Shown in pieces: positions 37,445-46,901 of a DNA stretch of 64,000 nt. The DNA lies in IMG/VR virus record IMGVR_UViG_3300035232_000453, one strand, 5' to 3'. Below the pieces are notes generated by a model that was given only the letters and a program-made list of their open reading frames with translations, had not been told where the DNA came from and made no database searches. This DNA is from a virus. Numbering within the stretch: position 1 is the stretch's first letter; every line of letters starts with the position of its first letter. Made by a program: the position numbers and the translations under genes.

Positions 37445-37473
37445 AGTATACAGTAAGACATCTTACTTGTCAA
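37445..37473 (-). promoter_or_regulatory. early promoter with palindromic spacer (copy 3, centre reversed)
   Basis: TTGACA-17 nt-TATACT; AGTAAGA-CA-TCTTACT. Confidence 0.85.
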
Positions 37474-37501
37474 CCTTTTATTTGATCTTTTATTCATAGA
37501 T

Positions 37502-37528
37502 TTGGGCCCAATACAATAGAGGGCCCAA
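37502..37528 (-). terminator. GC-rich hairpin after HTH gene
   Basis: TTGGGCCC...GGGCCCAA; weak U tract. Confidence 0.5.
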
Positions 37529-37547
37529 TAATCTAGTTTAGTAAGTA

Positions 37548-37817
37548 TTATACTAATACTCTTTTTTTAGAAATAGTGTATTCGTTAGTTTGTCTACCAA
37601 CAACACCTGTTTCAACTGTAGTTGCTTTTACATTAAAACCTTCGTCTCTTAATTCAGAAAGTCTTGCACCCGGAGATGCTATGTCTAACTTGTGTCTCAA
37701 GTCGTCCATAGTAAAAGATTTACCTGTACCCCAGAATTTAGCTAGGATTCTTTGATTTTGAGTACCTTCTTTGAAAAATTTAGTACCCACTGCTTTTGTT
37801 TTTTTAGTTTTTGGCAT
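37548..37817 (-). CDS. winged helix-turn-helix DNA-binding protein
   Basis: FTMDDL...ASPGARLSELRDEGFNV...EY; AAGGAG RBS. Confidence 0.75.
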   Translation of the reverse strand: MPKTKKTKAVGTKFFKEGTQNQRILAKFWGTGKSFTMDDLRHKLDIASPGARLSELRDEGFNVKATTVETGVVGRQTNEYTISKKRVLV

Positions 37818-37867
37818 TTTAACTCCTTTTTTATTAATTATAATAACTTAATGTTATTGTTAAGTAT

Positions 37868-37896
37868 AATATATATTAGGAAGTGGATTCTGTCAA
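37868..37896 (-). promoter_or_regulatory. sigma70-type promoter of the HTH gene (no palindrome)
   Basis: TTGACA-17 nt-TATATT. Confidence 0.65.
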
Positions 37897-37912
37897 CCTT
37901 TTAAATAAAACC

Positions 37913-38650
37913 CTATAATTGTAGGATTTTTACCCTATTTACAATGGTTTCTTTTGCATTTGAGTACTTTGATAACTCATGTTTGTTAACTGTACCACGA
38001 ATTTTAATAGTTTTATCCGAAATAATATCACTAATATCCGGTTGATCTCGCCACCAAAACTTAATAATATCCTTTTCAGCGTAAATTGTAGTAATCATAT
38101 AAACATCACTAGTTTGAATGAATTTAACATCTAGTACTTTTACATTAATATCGTATCTTTTACCACGATTGCCAAAATACATACTACTATGCTTTAGTGC
38201 AGACATCTTGTCGTCAACTGCTTCACGCTTTTTATCAATTACTACACTATGTGGTAAACTAGCAATAATACTTACTGCAAATTTATTAACTTCTGGGTCA
38301 GATAATGCTTTAGCAACGTTTTGCTCAAAATTATTGAGGTTGTTAGTCATCTTTTTGATCATTAACTTACCATTAATACTATCAATAAGATTATTAGCAT
38401 TTGTAATTTCTTCTTCAGAGAATGACATTTCTGGATCTTCTAGAATATCAACAATACAAGTTTTGTTATCTCGTATTTCAATGGGATTTCCAGATTCTGT
38501 GTCTGTATCTGTGTAACCTTGTCCACTACGAACAAATCCTTGATCGTTATAAACTAAGACTGCTGCACACATTACATCAATAACTGTAATAGTTGGCCAT
38601 GGTGTTTTTTTCATTTGAGACTCCAGTGGTAAAGTTGAATAATTAAACAT
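37913..38650 (-). CDS. early protein with C-terminal OB-fold-like region (alternative start 38614)
   Basis: G..GKR...IRGTVNKH...ETIVNRVK. Confidence 0.7.
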   Translation of the reverse strand: MFNYSTLPLESQMKKTPWPTITVIDVMCAAVLVYNDQGFVRSGQGYTDTDTESGNPIEIRDNKTCIVDILEDPEMSFSEEEITNANNLIDSINGKLMIKKMTNNLNNFEQNVAKALSDPEVNKFAVSIIASLPHSVVIDKKREAVDDKMSALKHSSMYFGNRGKRYDINVKVLDVKFIQTSDVYMITTIYAEKDIIKFWWRDQPDISDIISDKTIKIRGTVNKHELSKYSNAKETIVNRVKILQL

Positions 38651-38667
38651 TTCCTATTTATAACTAT

Positions 38668-38696
38668 AGTATACAGCAAGATGTCTTACTTGTCAA
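38668..38696 (-). promoter_or_regulatory. early promoter with palindromic spacer (copy 4)
   Basis: TTGACA-17 nt-TATACT; AGCAAGATGTCTTACT. Confidence 0.85.
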
Positions 38697-38701
38697 CCTT
38701 T

Positions 38702-39160
38702 TTATAGTGAAATATCTTCTAAACCTGCTGCACGTAATTTAACAACATTATTAATTTGGAATTGTTTGGCTTCTAATGCCTTAATAATGCCTATGTATTT
38801 GTTTCTTACCAAACTAAAATCGTTGATAAGATATTGTAAATCTACTACATCTTGCTCGCCGTCAACAAACTTGTCTGCATCACGCGAGCTAAGTGCTTTA
38901 TTGTAGTTTTCTAGAAACTTACGAAATGTTTTGGATCGTAATGTACGCATTTCAGTATGTAGAAACTCAAGTATTGCTTCTACTTCTTGTAATTGATTAA
39001 ATCGATGTTCTACAATACCAGGCATATCTCTGCTCTGCTTTTCTAGTACACCTTTCATACTACACTCAAATCGTGCTTCATCAATTTGCTTTTCATAATG
39101 AGAGATAGCCGCAACTATCTCTCCTAAATTTGCTGTAACTTTACGATACCATACACTCAT
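38702..39160 (-). CDS. uvsY: recombination mediator UvsY-like
   Basis: helical 152 aa, D..KFVDGE, FQINN..K.R.AG; downstream of uvsX. Confidence 0.7.
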   Translation of the reverse strand: MSVWYRKVTANLGEIVAAISHYEKQIDEARFECSMKGVLEKQSRDMPGIVEHRFNQLQEVEAILEFLHTEMRTLRSKTFRKFLENYNKALSSRDADKFVDGEQDVVDLQYLINDFSLVRNKYIGIIKALEAKQFQINNVVKLRAAGLEDISL

Positions 39161-39429
39161 TAGTATTCTAACTCCTCGTCATCTTCGTTGTATTCGTCAA
39201 AAACATCTTCTTCTTCTTCTTCTTGCGATAAGTGTTCTTCAAGTGCCTCACCTAAGTATTCGCAATGATCAGATATTTCTTTATATGCCGGTTTTAGTTC
39301 AAACCCGAAGTCGAGAAGCTGGTATATTGTTCTTCGAGCAAAGTCTGGTTTATCTTTATCAGCTATAAAGTTTGATGCTTCATCGTATAAATTAAAAATA
39401 AACTCAAAATCTCCTTCATCAAGATTCAT
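39160..39429 (-). CDS. acidic hypothetical protein
   Basis: 89 aa, coupled. Confidence 0.7.
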   Translation of the reverse strand: MNLDEGDFEFIFNLYDEASNFIADKDKPDFARRTIYQLLDFGFELKPAYKEISDHCEYLGEALEEHLSQEEEEEDVFDEYNEDDEELEY

Positions 39430-40522
39430 TTACCACCTCCGTTGTATTTTCTTCAATGTTATCCATAATTTCTTCTTCTGCATCAGCTACATCATTGTCA
39501 TATTCTGACATGACGATATCCAATGCGCCGTCCTTATTTGCATTCCAAGGTTTACGGAACATTTTAATTACTTCACCTGTTACCGGGCTAATGTATTCTA
39601 AACTGTTTCCACTTTTCTTTAACAAACCTTTTGCTTCAAAGAAGTCAGTCAAGCCACTGTATGGGCTCATACCTGTTTCATATGGGATTTCAACTTGTAC
39701 ACTTTCAAATGGTTTAGCGTAACGAGATTTCATTACTTTACATGCTGCTCTAATACCAAATACTTGTGATGTTTTGTTACCGTCTGCATCAACTTTTAGT
39801 TTAAGTTTACGCATTGCAATAACAATACTTGATGCATAGATAAAGCCTTGTCCACCTGAGATCTTATCATCTGGATCAAACATATCTTGCGATGCATATG
39901 TATGGTTAGTTGCTAGTAGTCCTACATTGTACTGTCCAAACATATTAACTGTGTTACGAACTAATGAAGTTAGTGCTTTAGGCTTACGACCCATATCACC
40001 TTTCATATCACCTTTGTTAAACTGATCAACATCAGTAGGTGTTAGTAACATACCCAACGAGTCAACTACAAACAATACCTTAGGTCTGTCTTCGTCTTCT
40101 GCTTCGGCGTATTCTGCCTTGTAATCCTTCATAAAGTCACTAATTGTTTTAGCAACATCATCAATCATACTCATGTTAAGTTTTAATAGTTTTTCTGGTG
40201 TAGTATCTACATTCAGTGCGTGTAGCCATTTCTCATCTAATGCATTTTCTGTGTCAATTAGAATAACAAATATGCCTTGTTCTTGTGCTGATCTAACTAC
40301 ATTACCTGCCGCGATAAACGATTTACCTGCGCCTGATTCTCCTGCTAGAACAGTTACCTTACCTAGTGGAATTCCTTTGTCAAATTCGTTACTGATAAGT
40401 TTGTTTAGTGTGTAATTTCCTGTACTAATCCAAGTGTCAGGGTCATTGAAGCCTACGCTTAACCCAGGAACACTTTTAGTAATAGCTTTTCGGAATTTAC
40501 TTACGTCAAATGGTCTTGCCAT
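39419..40522 (-). CDS. uvsX: RecA-like recombinase UvsX
   Basis: GESGAGKS, DTENA, VVDSLG, NHTY, SGG, KSR. Confidence 0.93.
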   Translation of the reverse strand: MARPFDVSKFRKAITKSVPGLSVGFNDPDTWISTGNYTLNKLISNEFDKGIPLGKVTVLAGESGAGKSFIAAGNVVRSAQEQGIFVILIDTENALDEKWLHALNVDTTPEKLLKLNMSMIDDVAKTISDFMKDYKAEYAEAEDEDRPKVLFVVDSLGMLLTPTDVDQFNKGDMKGDMGRKPKALTSLVRNTVNMFGQYNVGLLATNHTYASQDMFDPDDKISGGQGFIYASSIVIAMRKLKLKVDADGNKTSQVFGIRAACKVMKSRYAKPFESVQVEIPYETGMSPYSGLTDFFEAKGLLKKSGNSLEYISPVTGEVIKMFRKPWNANKDGALDIVMSEYDNDVADAEEEIMDNIEENTTEVVNES

Positions 40523-40545
40523 AATGTTTTTTCTCCTATGTTAAA

Positions 40546-40568
40546 GTGAGGGCACTAAGGACCCCCAC
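40546..40568 (-). terminator. hairpin between gp32 and uvsX (weak terminator or stabiliser)
   Basis: GTGGGGG...CCCTCAC followed by TTT. Confidence 0.45.
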
Positions 40569-40582
40569 TCAATTTATATTAC

Positions 40583-41593
40583 TTATTGCTTACGATTTCT
40601 AATCGCTGCTAAAATGTCTTGAGCACTTGCTTGCCCTTCAACTGCTGGTGCTGCCGTTGCCATTTCTGGTTCTGGCGTCATATCAACTGCTGTTGGTGCC
40701 GGTGCTGTTGCTTGTTCAACAACTGGTGCCGCTGGTGCTGGCGCCGGTGCTGGTGTTGGAGTAGTTGCCGCTGCAACAGGTTTTGCTCCTGTAGTAGCTG
40801 GTGCATCTACACCATATGGACGATAGTACTGACCAAAACGTTCTGGATCATACAACTGTCCATCAACACTTGCTTCAAACATTTCAAAGATAGCGTTTAG
40901 ATGTTCTGCATCAGGCTTCTTAGGTAAGAAGTCATTTAGATTGTGCAGGTCGTGTGTTGCAATTGCATCACGTTCTGTTTGATCTAAACTACGTTCTCTA
41001 CGAGCCCAATTAGATGTTGAATAGTCAGCATATTGACCTTTGGTAGATTTCTTAATTACGAAATCTGTACCAGCTTCATAGTCTGTAGGAATTTCCTGGA
41101 ATTCAGGATCCATTAATGCTGAACTAATGATTTTATAAATTTGAGGTGAAATAACAAAACGTCTAATAGGATTCTCAGGTACTGAGTCTTCCTGTAGATC
41201 ACTTTGTGTTACAAAGCCTTGGAAAATGTAACTACGCTTTTTCCAATACTTACGACCCATGTCTTCCATAGTAGGGTCTTTAAACCAAGGACGAATTTCT
41301 GCATGTACTGGACATGTATCTCCCCACATTTCAACACAAGGTACTTGTATTGTAACTGGTTTGTTTTCGTCGCCGCCTTTTACACCTGGAAATGATAGAC
41401 GGATCATCTGACGTTCTTTCCAAAAGAAAGTGTTGTCGGGATCTGCGTCTGGTAGGAATCGTAGTGTTGCACTACTGCCTTCTGGAATATTCCAGTGTGT
41501 GAAGATAGCGTTATCGCCGCCACCTTGTGATGAGCCTGAGCTCTTAGTTTCTTGTGCTTGTAATTTTGCACGGATTTCTGCTAAAGATGCCAT
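40583..41593 (-). CDS. gp32: single-stranded DNA-binding protein
   Basis: LRFLPD, C...CPV, YWKKRSY, GTDF, YADYSTS. Confidence 0.9.
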   Translation of the reverse strand: MASLAEIRAKLQAQETKSSGSSQGGGDNAIFTHWNIPEGSSATLRFLPDADPDNTFFWKERQMIRLSFPGVKGGDENKPVTIQVPCVEMWGDTCPVHAEIRPWFKDPTMEDMGRKYWKKRSYIFQGFVTQSDLQEDSVPENPIRRFVISPQIYKIISSALMDPEFQEIPTDYEAGTDFVIKKSTKGQYADYSTSNWARRERSLDQTERDAIATHDLHNLNDFLPKKPDAEHLNAIFEMFEASVDGQLYDPERFGQYYRPYGVDAPATTGAKPVAAATTPTPAPAPAPAAPVVEQATAPAPTAVDMTPEPEMATAAPAVEGQASAQDILAAIRNRKQ

Positions 41594-41649
41594 TATTAGT
41601 TTCTCCTATATTAGCCTTTATTTGTAACAAAACTTATAGTTCTGCTTTG

Positions 41650-41701
41650 TTTGTGTAGCTAGTGCTACTTTGCCTTTGTGTAGCTCTTAACTACTTTTGC
41701 C
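41650..41701 (-). repeat. tandem hairpin repeat in the gp32 leader
   Basis: units 41650-41674 and 41675-41701, GGCAAA(A)GTAG..GCTACACAAA on minus strand. Confidence 0.75.
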
Positions 41702-41716
41702 TTTAGTTGCCATTAC

Positions 41717-41745
41717 AGTATATAATAAATTGTGCCTACTGTCAA
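41717..41745 (-). promoter_or_regulatory. sigma70 promoter of gp32
   Basis: TTGACA-17 nt-TATACT. Confidence 0.8.
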
Positions 41746-41762
41746 GCACTTTTAAAGAAAAA

Positions 41763-44606
41763 TTATGCAATCTTTCTTCTTAGATTATTTAACGTAGCTT
41801 CAGCAAGATCTTCCATTGCTGGTTCCTTTGCCGGAGCCTTGTTATTTTTGTCTAAATATTTTGCAATTTTGGCCAATAATACAACATGCTCTTTTGGCAA
41901 GCTATACATTTCGCCTGAAATTTGACTTAGTAAGTTAAATACTTCGTCATTTTTACTGTTCATTGCTAGAAAAGATAAGTGTGATACTAACTTAGCCATT
42001 GCACCATTACCACCTGAGTATTTAATTGGATCTTCATTATCAGGATGTTCTGGATCATTTGGATCAATGTTAAGTTTGAAATCTTCCTTGTTTTTAATCA
42101 TATCGTATAAACGATTCATATTACTTTTAGTTAGATCTGTCATACTGTCTCTCTCCTTTATAATACGGGCTACTGTTTCTAAGACTGAATCCATATTTGC
42201 AGTCTCAAATGTATTATACATGAACTTGTCAGTTAAGTCAACCGATTCTTTATCATTGTCTTCTACAATCGCAGTAGTAGGTGCTTGATAGTCGTTATAA
42301 CCTCTTGAAGTCTGTAGACTCTTAACTGTGTTCTTAAATTCTTTTAATTTTTGTTTAACTGCTTCAACAATGTTTACATTGCTTTCGTTAGTTAATTTGT
42401 TTGTACGCACATGTCTCAAAAACTGTGTACATTGTGCTACTTCTGTACATAAAGTGATAATTGATTCACCAATTGCATCATATGGCGTTCCGCCATTGCT
42501 TACATGGTTGGCCATAGCTTTAGCACCTTGTAAATACTTGTGTGGGAATCTAAATCTCTCTCCTGCACTGTTTTCAATAAACAATGCTTTGATGTTACGT
42601 GATCTGCTACCACGCACTTCTTCATTAACACCTTTTGTATGTTTAATAATAAGTTTAGTGTTTTCTGGTAATTGAATATAACTTGTTTTCATACTACCTG
42701 TTGCAGGTGTATAACCTTCGCCTAAATTATTTGGGCGTAATTTTGGTTTTACAGTTGGTTTTACAGTAGGTCTAATATTTTTAAATTTAGGATCTTGCAT
42801 GTTGAAAGTATCTCTCCATTTAGGATCTTTAATTTTAGCAATAGTTTCTGGATCCATAGCATCTGTACCATAGTTAGGATTACCAATATGATCATAACCG
42901 CCGATCATTGAATCTGGATTTTCTCTTGCACCAGTCTCTGGATTTGTGTATGTGCCATATCCATTCTGGTCGGCAATATCTTTTGCAATATTAAGAGGTA
43001 ATTTAGCTAAGTATCTGTTAATTTGTATTTGGTTTTCAGTGCCTAATACATCTTTAAATCCTTGCATTGCACCGTCTAATTCATTTTGACTCCAGCCAAT
43101 ACCATCTGCATGTCCAGTTCCACTTGCATCAAAAGGATCATCTACACCTCTTGTTGAACCTTTATGAATTAATGCAGCATTTGGGTCTGTAATATCTTTA
43201 GGGGACATATTCTGAGGATCTTTTGGACCAAAAGAGAAAGATCCCTTTCCTGGAGCTTCTGTAATACCAGATAGTTCTTTTAATCTGCTTACTTCTGATT
43301 CGTAGTATTCTTCATCTGGTTCGCCAGCTGCCATTTCTTTACAATCTGAACATCTACCATGTCCATCATTGTAGTCCATTAATTGAGCGCCACAGCAATT
43401 ACTTACTACGCCATCTTCCATTTCATCACCTGGTGAATATGATTCAGTTTCTGCTTCAAGTAATTCACCTGATGCTAAAATATCAATTGCATGTTTAATA
43501 TCTGTGTTTTCCATATCCACATGTGGTATTGCTTTTAATATAGCTTGCACTTGTGGCATACTCATAAATTCTTCATCATCTGTATCTATTTCATCTGTGA
43601 ATTCATAATATGAACTATCAGTCATTCTATAGTTATCTGCTTGAATTTCTTTAGCATGATCAACTACATGTGCCATAAATGCCTCTACTGAATTTCCGCC
43701 TTCATTTATCGATTCAACAAATACTTCTACCATGTCATCGCCATTACGCAATGCACCTTTTTTAACTTTTACGTTTTCTTTGCCGTATTTTTCAATTGCT
43801 TCTTCTGGAGACATACTAGTTTGTTTCCAACGCTTTTCTGATTCATTAGTTTGACGCTTTTCTGCCGCACACTCATCACATGTATCAATGTCGCCGTCTG
43901 TTTCGTCTTTAATCCATTCGCAATCTGCACAACCTTGTGTGCCTTCGTTTGGAGCTTCTGCAATACCAGATAGTTCTTTTAATCTGCGGACATCTTCATT
44001 TTTTGATTCCAATTGAGCAATCATGTCATCAAATGTCATATCGTCTTTTTTGTTCCTCAATGCGTCAACTACTATTGCTAATGTACGTTTTGCTAATTCA
44101 TCTCTGTCTCTAGTGGCTGTTGTCATTTCAATCCAAGTCCACTCATAAATCATTTGCATCACTTCGTCAACACTTTTGTCCCACATCTGCGTGTGTTCTT
44201 TCCAGAAGTCTGTAATCTCGTAATAGCCTGTAACTGCACTTGGTTGCATGTCTTTCATTGCCTTTTCAGTACGGTCGTCTTCTTTTACTACATCGTGTGC
44301 GAAGTCTTTTAATTCAATATTCTTATCAAATTTTCTAATGTTATATTCTGCCATAGCGTTGTGTCCTGCCTTTTTAATACTATTCAATAAATCGTTGTGT
44401 TCATTAAAATTGAAACTAGCTCCTGCTTGTACAACTAGTTCAACTCCATCTTCTTCTTCTCTAATAGTGATAAGAAAATCATTATCATATGCGTAAAATC
44501 TCGCTGATAATTCAGGATCTAATGTTTTATTTCCCATTGGATCAAACAATTTTATTTTAATGTTTGCACCCTTTAGAATGTTAAAAATCTCTTGTGATAG
44601 TTGCAT
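41763..44606 (-). CDS. large modular probable internal head protein (polyprotein-like), 947 aa
   Basis: start moved to MQLSQ (AAGGA RBS, late promoter 44627-44633); central string of short modules bounded by x-x-E. Confidence 0.75.
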   Translation of the reverse strand: MQLSQEIFNILKGANIKIKLFDPMGNKTLDPELSARFYAYDNDFLITIREEEDGVELVVQAGASFNFNEHNDLLNSIKKAGHNAMAEYNIRKFDKNIELKDFAHDVVKEDDRTEKAMKDMQPSAVTGYYEITDFWKEHTQMWDKSVDEVMQMIYEWTWIEMTTATRDRDELAKRTLAIVVDALRNKKDDMTFDDMIAQLESKNEDVRRLKELSGIAEAPNEGTQGCADCEWIKDETDGDIDTCDECAAEKRQTNESEKRWKQTSMSPEEAIEKYGKENVKVKKGALRNGDDMVEVFVESINEGGNSVEAFMAHVVDHAKEIQADNYRMTDSSYYEFTDEIDTDDEEFMSMPQVQAILKAIPHVDMENTDIKHAIDILASGELLEAETESYSPGDEMEDGVVSNCCGAQLMDYNDGHGRCSDCKEMAAGEPDEEYYESEVSRLKELSGITEAPGKGSFSFGPKDPQNMSPKDITDPNAALIHKGSTRGVDDPFDASGTGHADGIGWSQNELDGAMQGFKDVLGTENQIQINRYLAKLPLNIAKDIADQNGYGTYTNPETGARENPDSMIGGYDHIGNPNYGTDAMDPETIAKIKDPKWRDTFNMQDPKFKNIRPTVKPTVKPKLRPNNLGEGYTPATGSMKTSYIQLPENTKLIIKHTKGVNEEVRGSRSRNIKALFIENSAGERFRFPHKYLQGAKAMANHVSNGGTPYDAIGESIITLCTEVAQCTQFLRHVRTNKLTNESNVNIVEAVKQKLKEFKNTVKSLQTSRGYNDYQAPTTAIVEDNDKESVDLTDKFMYNTFETANMDSVLETVARIIKERDSMTDLTKSNMNRLYDMIKNKEDFKLNIDPNDPEHPDNEDPIKYSGGNGAMAKLVSHLSFLAMNSKNDEVFNLLSQISGEMYSLPKEHVVLLAKIAKYLDKNNKAPAKEPAMEDLAEATLNNLRRKIA
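43251..43288 (+). repeat. 38-bp direct repeat copy A (encodes RLKELSGITEAP)
   Basis: 37/38 identical to 43950-43987; offset 699 nt, in frame. Confidence 0.9.
43950..43987 (+). repeat. 38-bp direct repeat copy B (encodes RLKELSGIAEAP)
   Basis: 37/38 identical to 43251-43288. Confidence 0.9.
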
Positions 44607-44644
44607 TGTATAGTATTCCTTTAATGTATTTATCAATTATTGCA

Positions 44645-46201
44645 TTATAATAGGCTAAACGGCATTGGTTCCATCCCGTCACCATCTTCAAAATCGTCGT
44701 TTAGGTAATCAAACGCATCTTCTTCATACTTAGATACCTCTAAACTCATACGTACAATTAAGTTAAGTGACATTACAAGATCATCATGCTCGCCGTCTTT
44801 AGCAGCATAACTATTGCCACGTGCAATAAATGTTTTTAATTCTCTTAATAGAGGTTTACTTGCTATTTCTAGTTTTTCTGTCTCAACCCAATATTTTAAC
44901 TTAGCACATGCATTTATTTTTGCTTTGTGTGTAGTTGTAAAGCCTCGTCTATAGCGTTTGGCATTTCCGTGTGAACGTGTTTCACTTAAAAATGTACCTG
45001 GAAAGTTTTCTTCGCCTGTTTCTTCAACAACAACTAGTGCTGCTTCGCCTAATGTGTTGTTTTCCATACTGTAATATATTTCACAATCACCATTTGTTTC
45101 ACTTTCTATAAACTGTGCTATTTCTCGCAAAATTTTTATCTGCCCTTGAACTGTTGTTCTATTATGCATCCATTCTGCTACTTGTTTCATTCCTGGCATA
45201 CTGTATACTTGTATAGCACTATTATCGCCACCTGTACCTAAACTAGGATCTAATCCTATCATATATAATTTACCCTTAGCAACTGGTGTGTACCAACGTA
45301 CTTGTCCTGATATAGCGTATGGATCCCGAGCTTCCATATTGCTTAGTTTAATACTATCAATAAGTGTTTCGTCAAACGCAATAAATTCACATTTGTGTTC
45401 ACGCCTGAATCTTTCTTCACCAATTTTACCTTGTTCAACATCTGCCCATTCTTGATCCCTATCTGGATGTACTTCCCATGTAGCTAGATAATGTGCAAAA
45501 CCATTAATACCTGTATTAGTTTCCATGCCGTGTTCGTCTTGGTTCTTATTAGCATCTCTCCAAATCTGTGCAAATTGGTCGTCATCCATATTTGGTGTTG
45601 ATGTGATAATACATTTACCACCTGTTGCTAATGTAGGAGAAAGTGAGGTCCAAAATTCTTTTGCTATGTTAGGTCTAACAAATGCAAACTCGTCTAAGTA
45701 TGCTAACGATATACTCAAACCACGTCCAGTATTTTCTGTTGTTGACTGTGCTACAATACGTGAGCCGTTATCAAATTCCAACGATCCTTTGTTATATGCA
45801 GTAACACCAGCTCTAATAAAGTCAGGCAGTGTTTCGTACGCAAAACGTATACGTTGCATAATTTCACTAGCACCACTATATTTGTGTGCTGCTATAAGAA
45901 TAGTTTGATCTGGATTAAACATTGCATACCATAACAAGTATCCTGCCGCACATGTACTTTTACCTGTTTGTCGTGCGAGCATACTAATACTATATCTATT
46001 ATTGTGATATGTATCTACTAGATCTTCTTGGAAATCATATAACTTAAATTTCATACGACCTTTAGTAGGATGCTGAATAAAACAGTGTTTCTTCATAAAG
46101 TGTTTAGGATCTTGTGAACATAGTGCAAGTTCTAATAACTGCTCTTCTGTGTACTTTTCTTTTTTATATGGGGTTTTAGTTAATTTTGTATCGACTGCCA
46201 T
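44645..46201 (-). CDS. gp17: terminase large subunit
   Basis: ARQTGKS, YLDEFAF, ITSTP, GLDPS, HDDLVM. Confidence 0.96.
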   Translation of the reverse strand: MAVDTKLTKTPYKKEKYTEEQLLELALCSQDPKHFMKKHCFIQHPTKGRMKFKLYDFQEDLVDTYHNNRYSISMLARQTGKSTCAAGYLLWYAMFNPDQTILIAAHKYSGASEIMQRIRFAYETLPDFIRAGVTAYNKGSLEFDNGSRIVAQSTTENTGRGLSISLAYLDEFAFVRPNIAKEFWTSLSPTLATGGKCIITSTPNMDDDQFAQIWRDANKNQDEHGMETNTGINGFAHYLATWEVHPDRDQEWADVEQGKIGEERFRREHKCEFIAFDETLIDSIKLSNMEARDPYAISGQVRWYTPVAKGKLYMIGLDPSLGTGGDNSAIQVYSMPGMKQVAEWMHNRTTVQGQIKILREIAQFIESETNGDCEIYYSMENNTLGEAALVVVEETGEENFPGTFLSETRSHGNAKRYRRGFTTTHKAKINACAKLKYWVETEKLEIASKPLLRELKTFIARGNSYAAKDGEHDDLVMSLNLIVRMSLEVSKYEEDAFDYLNDDFEDGDGMEPMPFSLL

Positions 46202-46896
46202 TAGTATCTCCCAAATGCCCAGTGGCGTTCTCTACACCACCAACATTCTCCACAATGTGTTATCATCCAACTAGGTTCATCTTTGTTGTGCCTTGCTTCT
46301 TGCTCGCAACTACGAGTAAACGGAAAAAGTGTTTCCATTAAATCAAAATGTTCATATAAGTATGCTGGCATGTGTTTATCTACTTTTATTAATGGCATCC
46401 ATCTTGTTATTCCATTTTCATATTCTTCTATTATTGGAACAGAATGCCCTGGATCTCTTTTAGCAAATCTTCCACCATCTTCTAAGCCTGGTGTATCTAA
46501 ACTAGGATTTTGCGTAGTACCGTGTATTGTGAAAGTAATATCATGTAACTTTTTTATACTTCTTTCAGCTTCATCTATTTCTGATCTAATTTGATCTGTA
46601 CTATAAAATGAATAGTGACTTTTAATTAATTTAGTTCCTGTGAGCTGGAGTACTTTATCGAGTACCTTGGTACTCCAGTTCGCATTGTACCAGCCCTTAA
46701 TAGGATTAGCTGATGTTATAACATGTAGTTCAGCTTCTGGTATATGTTTTTCACAGTATTGTATTAACATCCATAATAGTATAGCACTATCGGCTCCACC
46801 TGAGATGTTAATGCAAATCTTTTTATGTGGTTCTGGTACAGTAAAATGTATAGTTTGACCAAAACTATCAGTGTATGTTTCTATAGGTCTTTTCAT
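46201..46896 (-). CDS. QueC-like PP-loop ATPase
   Basis: ISGGADS PP-loop; TRSC...CGECWWC zinc site. Confidence 0.8.
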   Translation of the reverse strand: MKRPIETYTDSFGQTIHFTVPEPHKKICINISGGADSAILLWMLIQYCEKHIPEAELHVITSANPIKGWYNANWSTKVLDKVLQLTGTKLIKSHYSFYSTDQIRSEIDEAERSIKKLHDITFTIHGTTQNPSLDTPGLEDGGRFAKRDPGHSVPIIEEYENGITRWMPLIKVDKHMPAYLYEHFDLMETLFPFTRSCEQEARHNKDEPSWMITHCGECWWCRERHWAFGRY

Positions 46897-46901
46897 ATTA
46901 C

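Noticed and set aside
14357-46201. Introns or inteins in nrdA, nrdB, gp41, uvsX and gp17
   Set aside because: The ORFs are continuous with ordinary lengths, and no splicing or homing endonuclease motifs were seen
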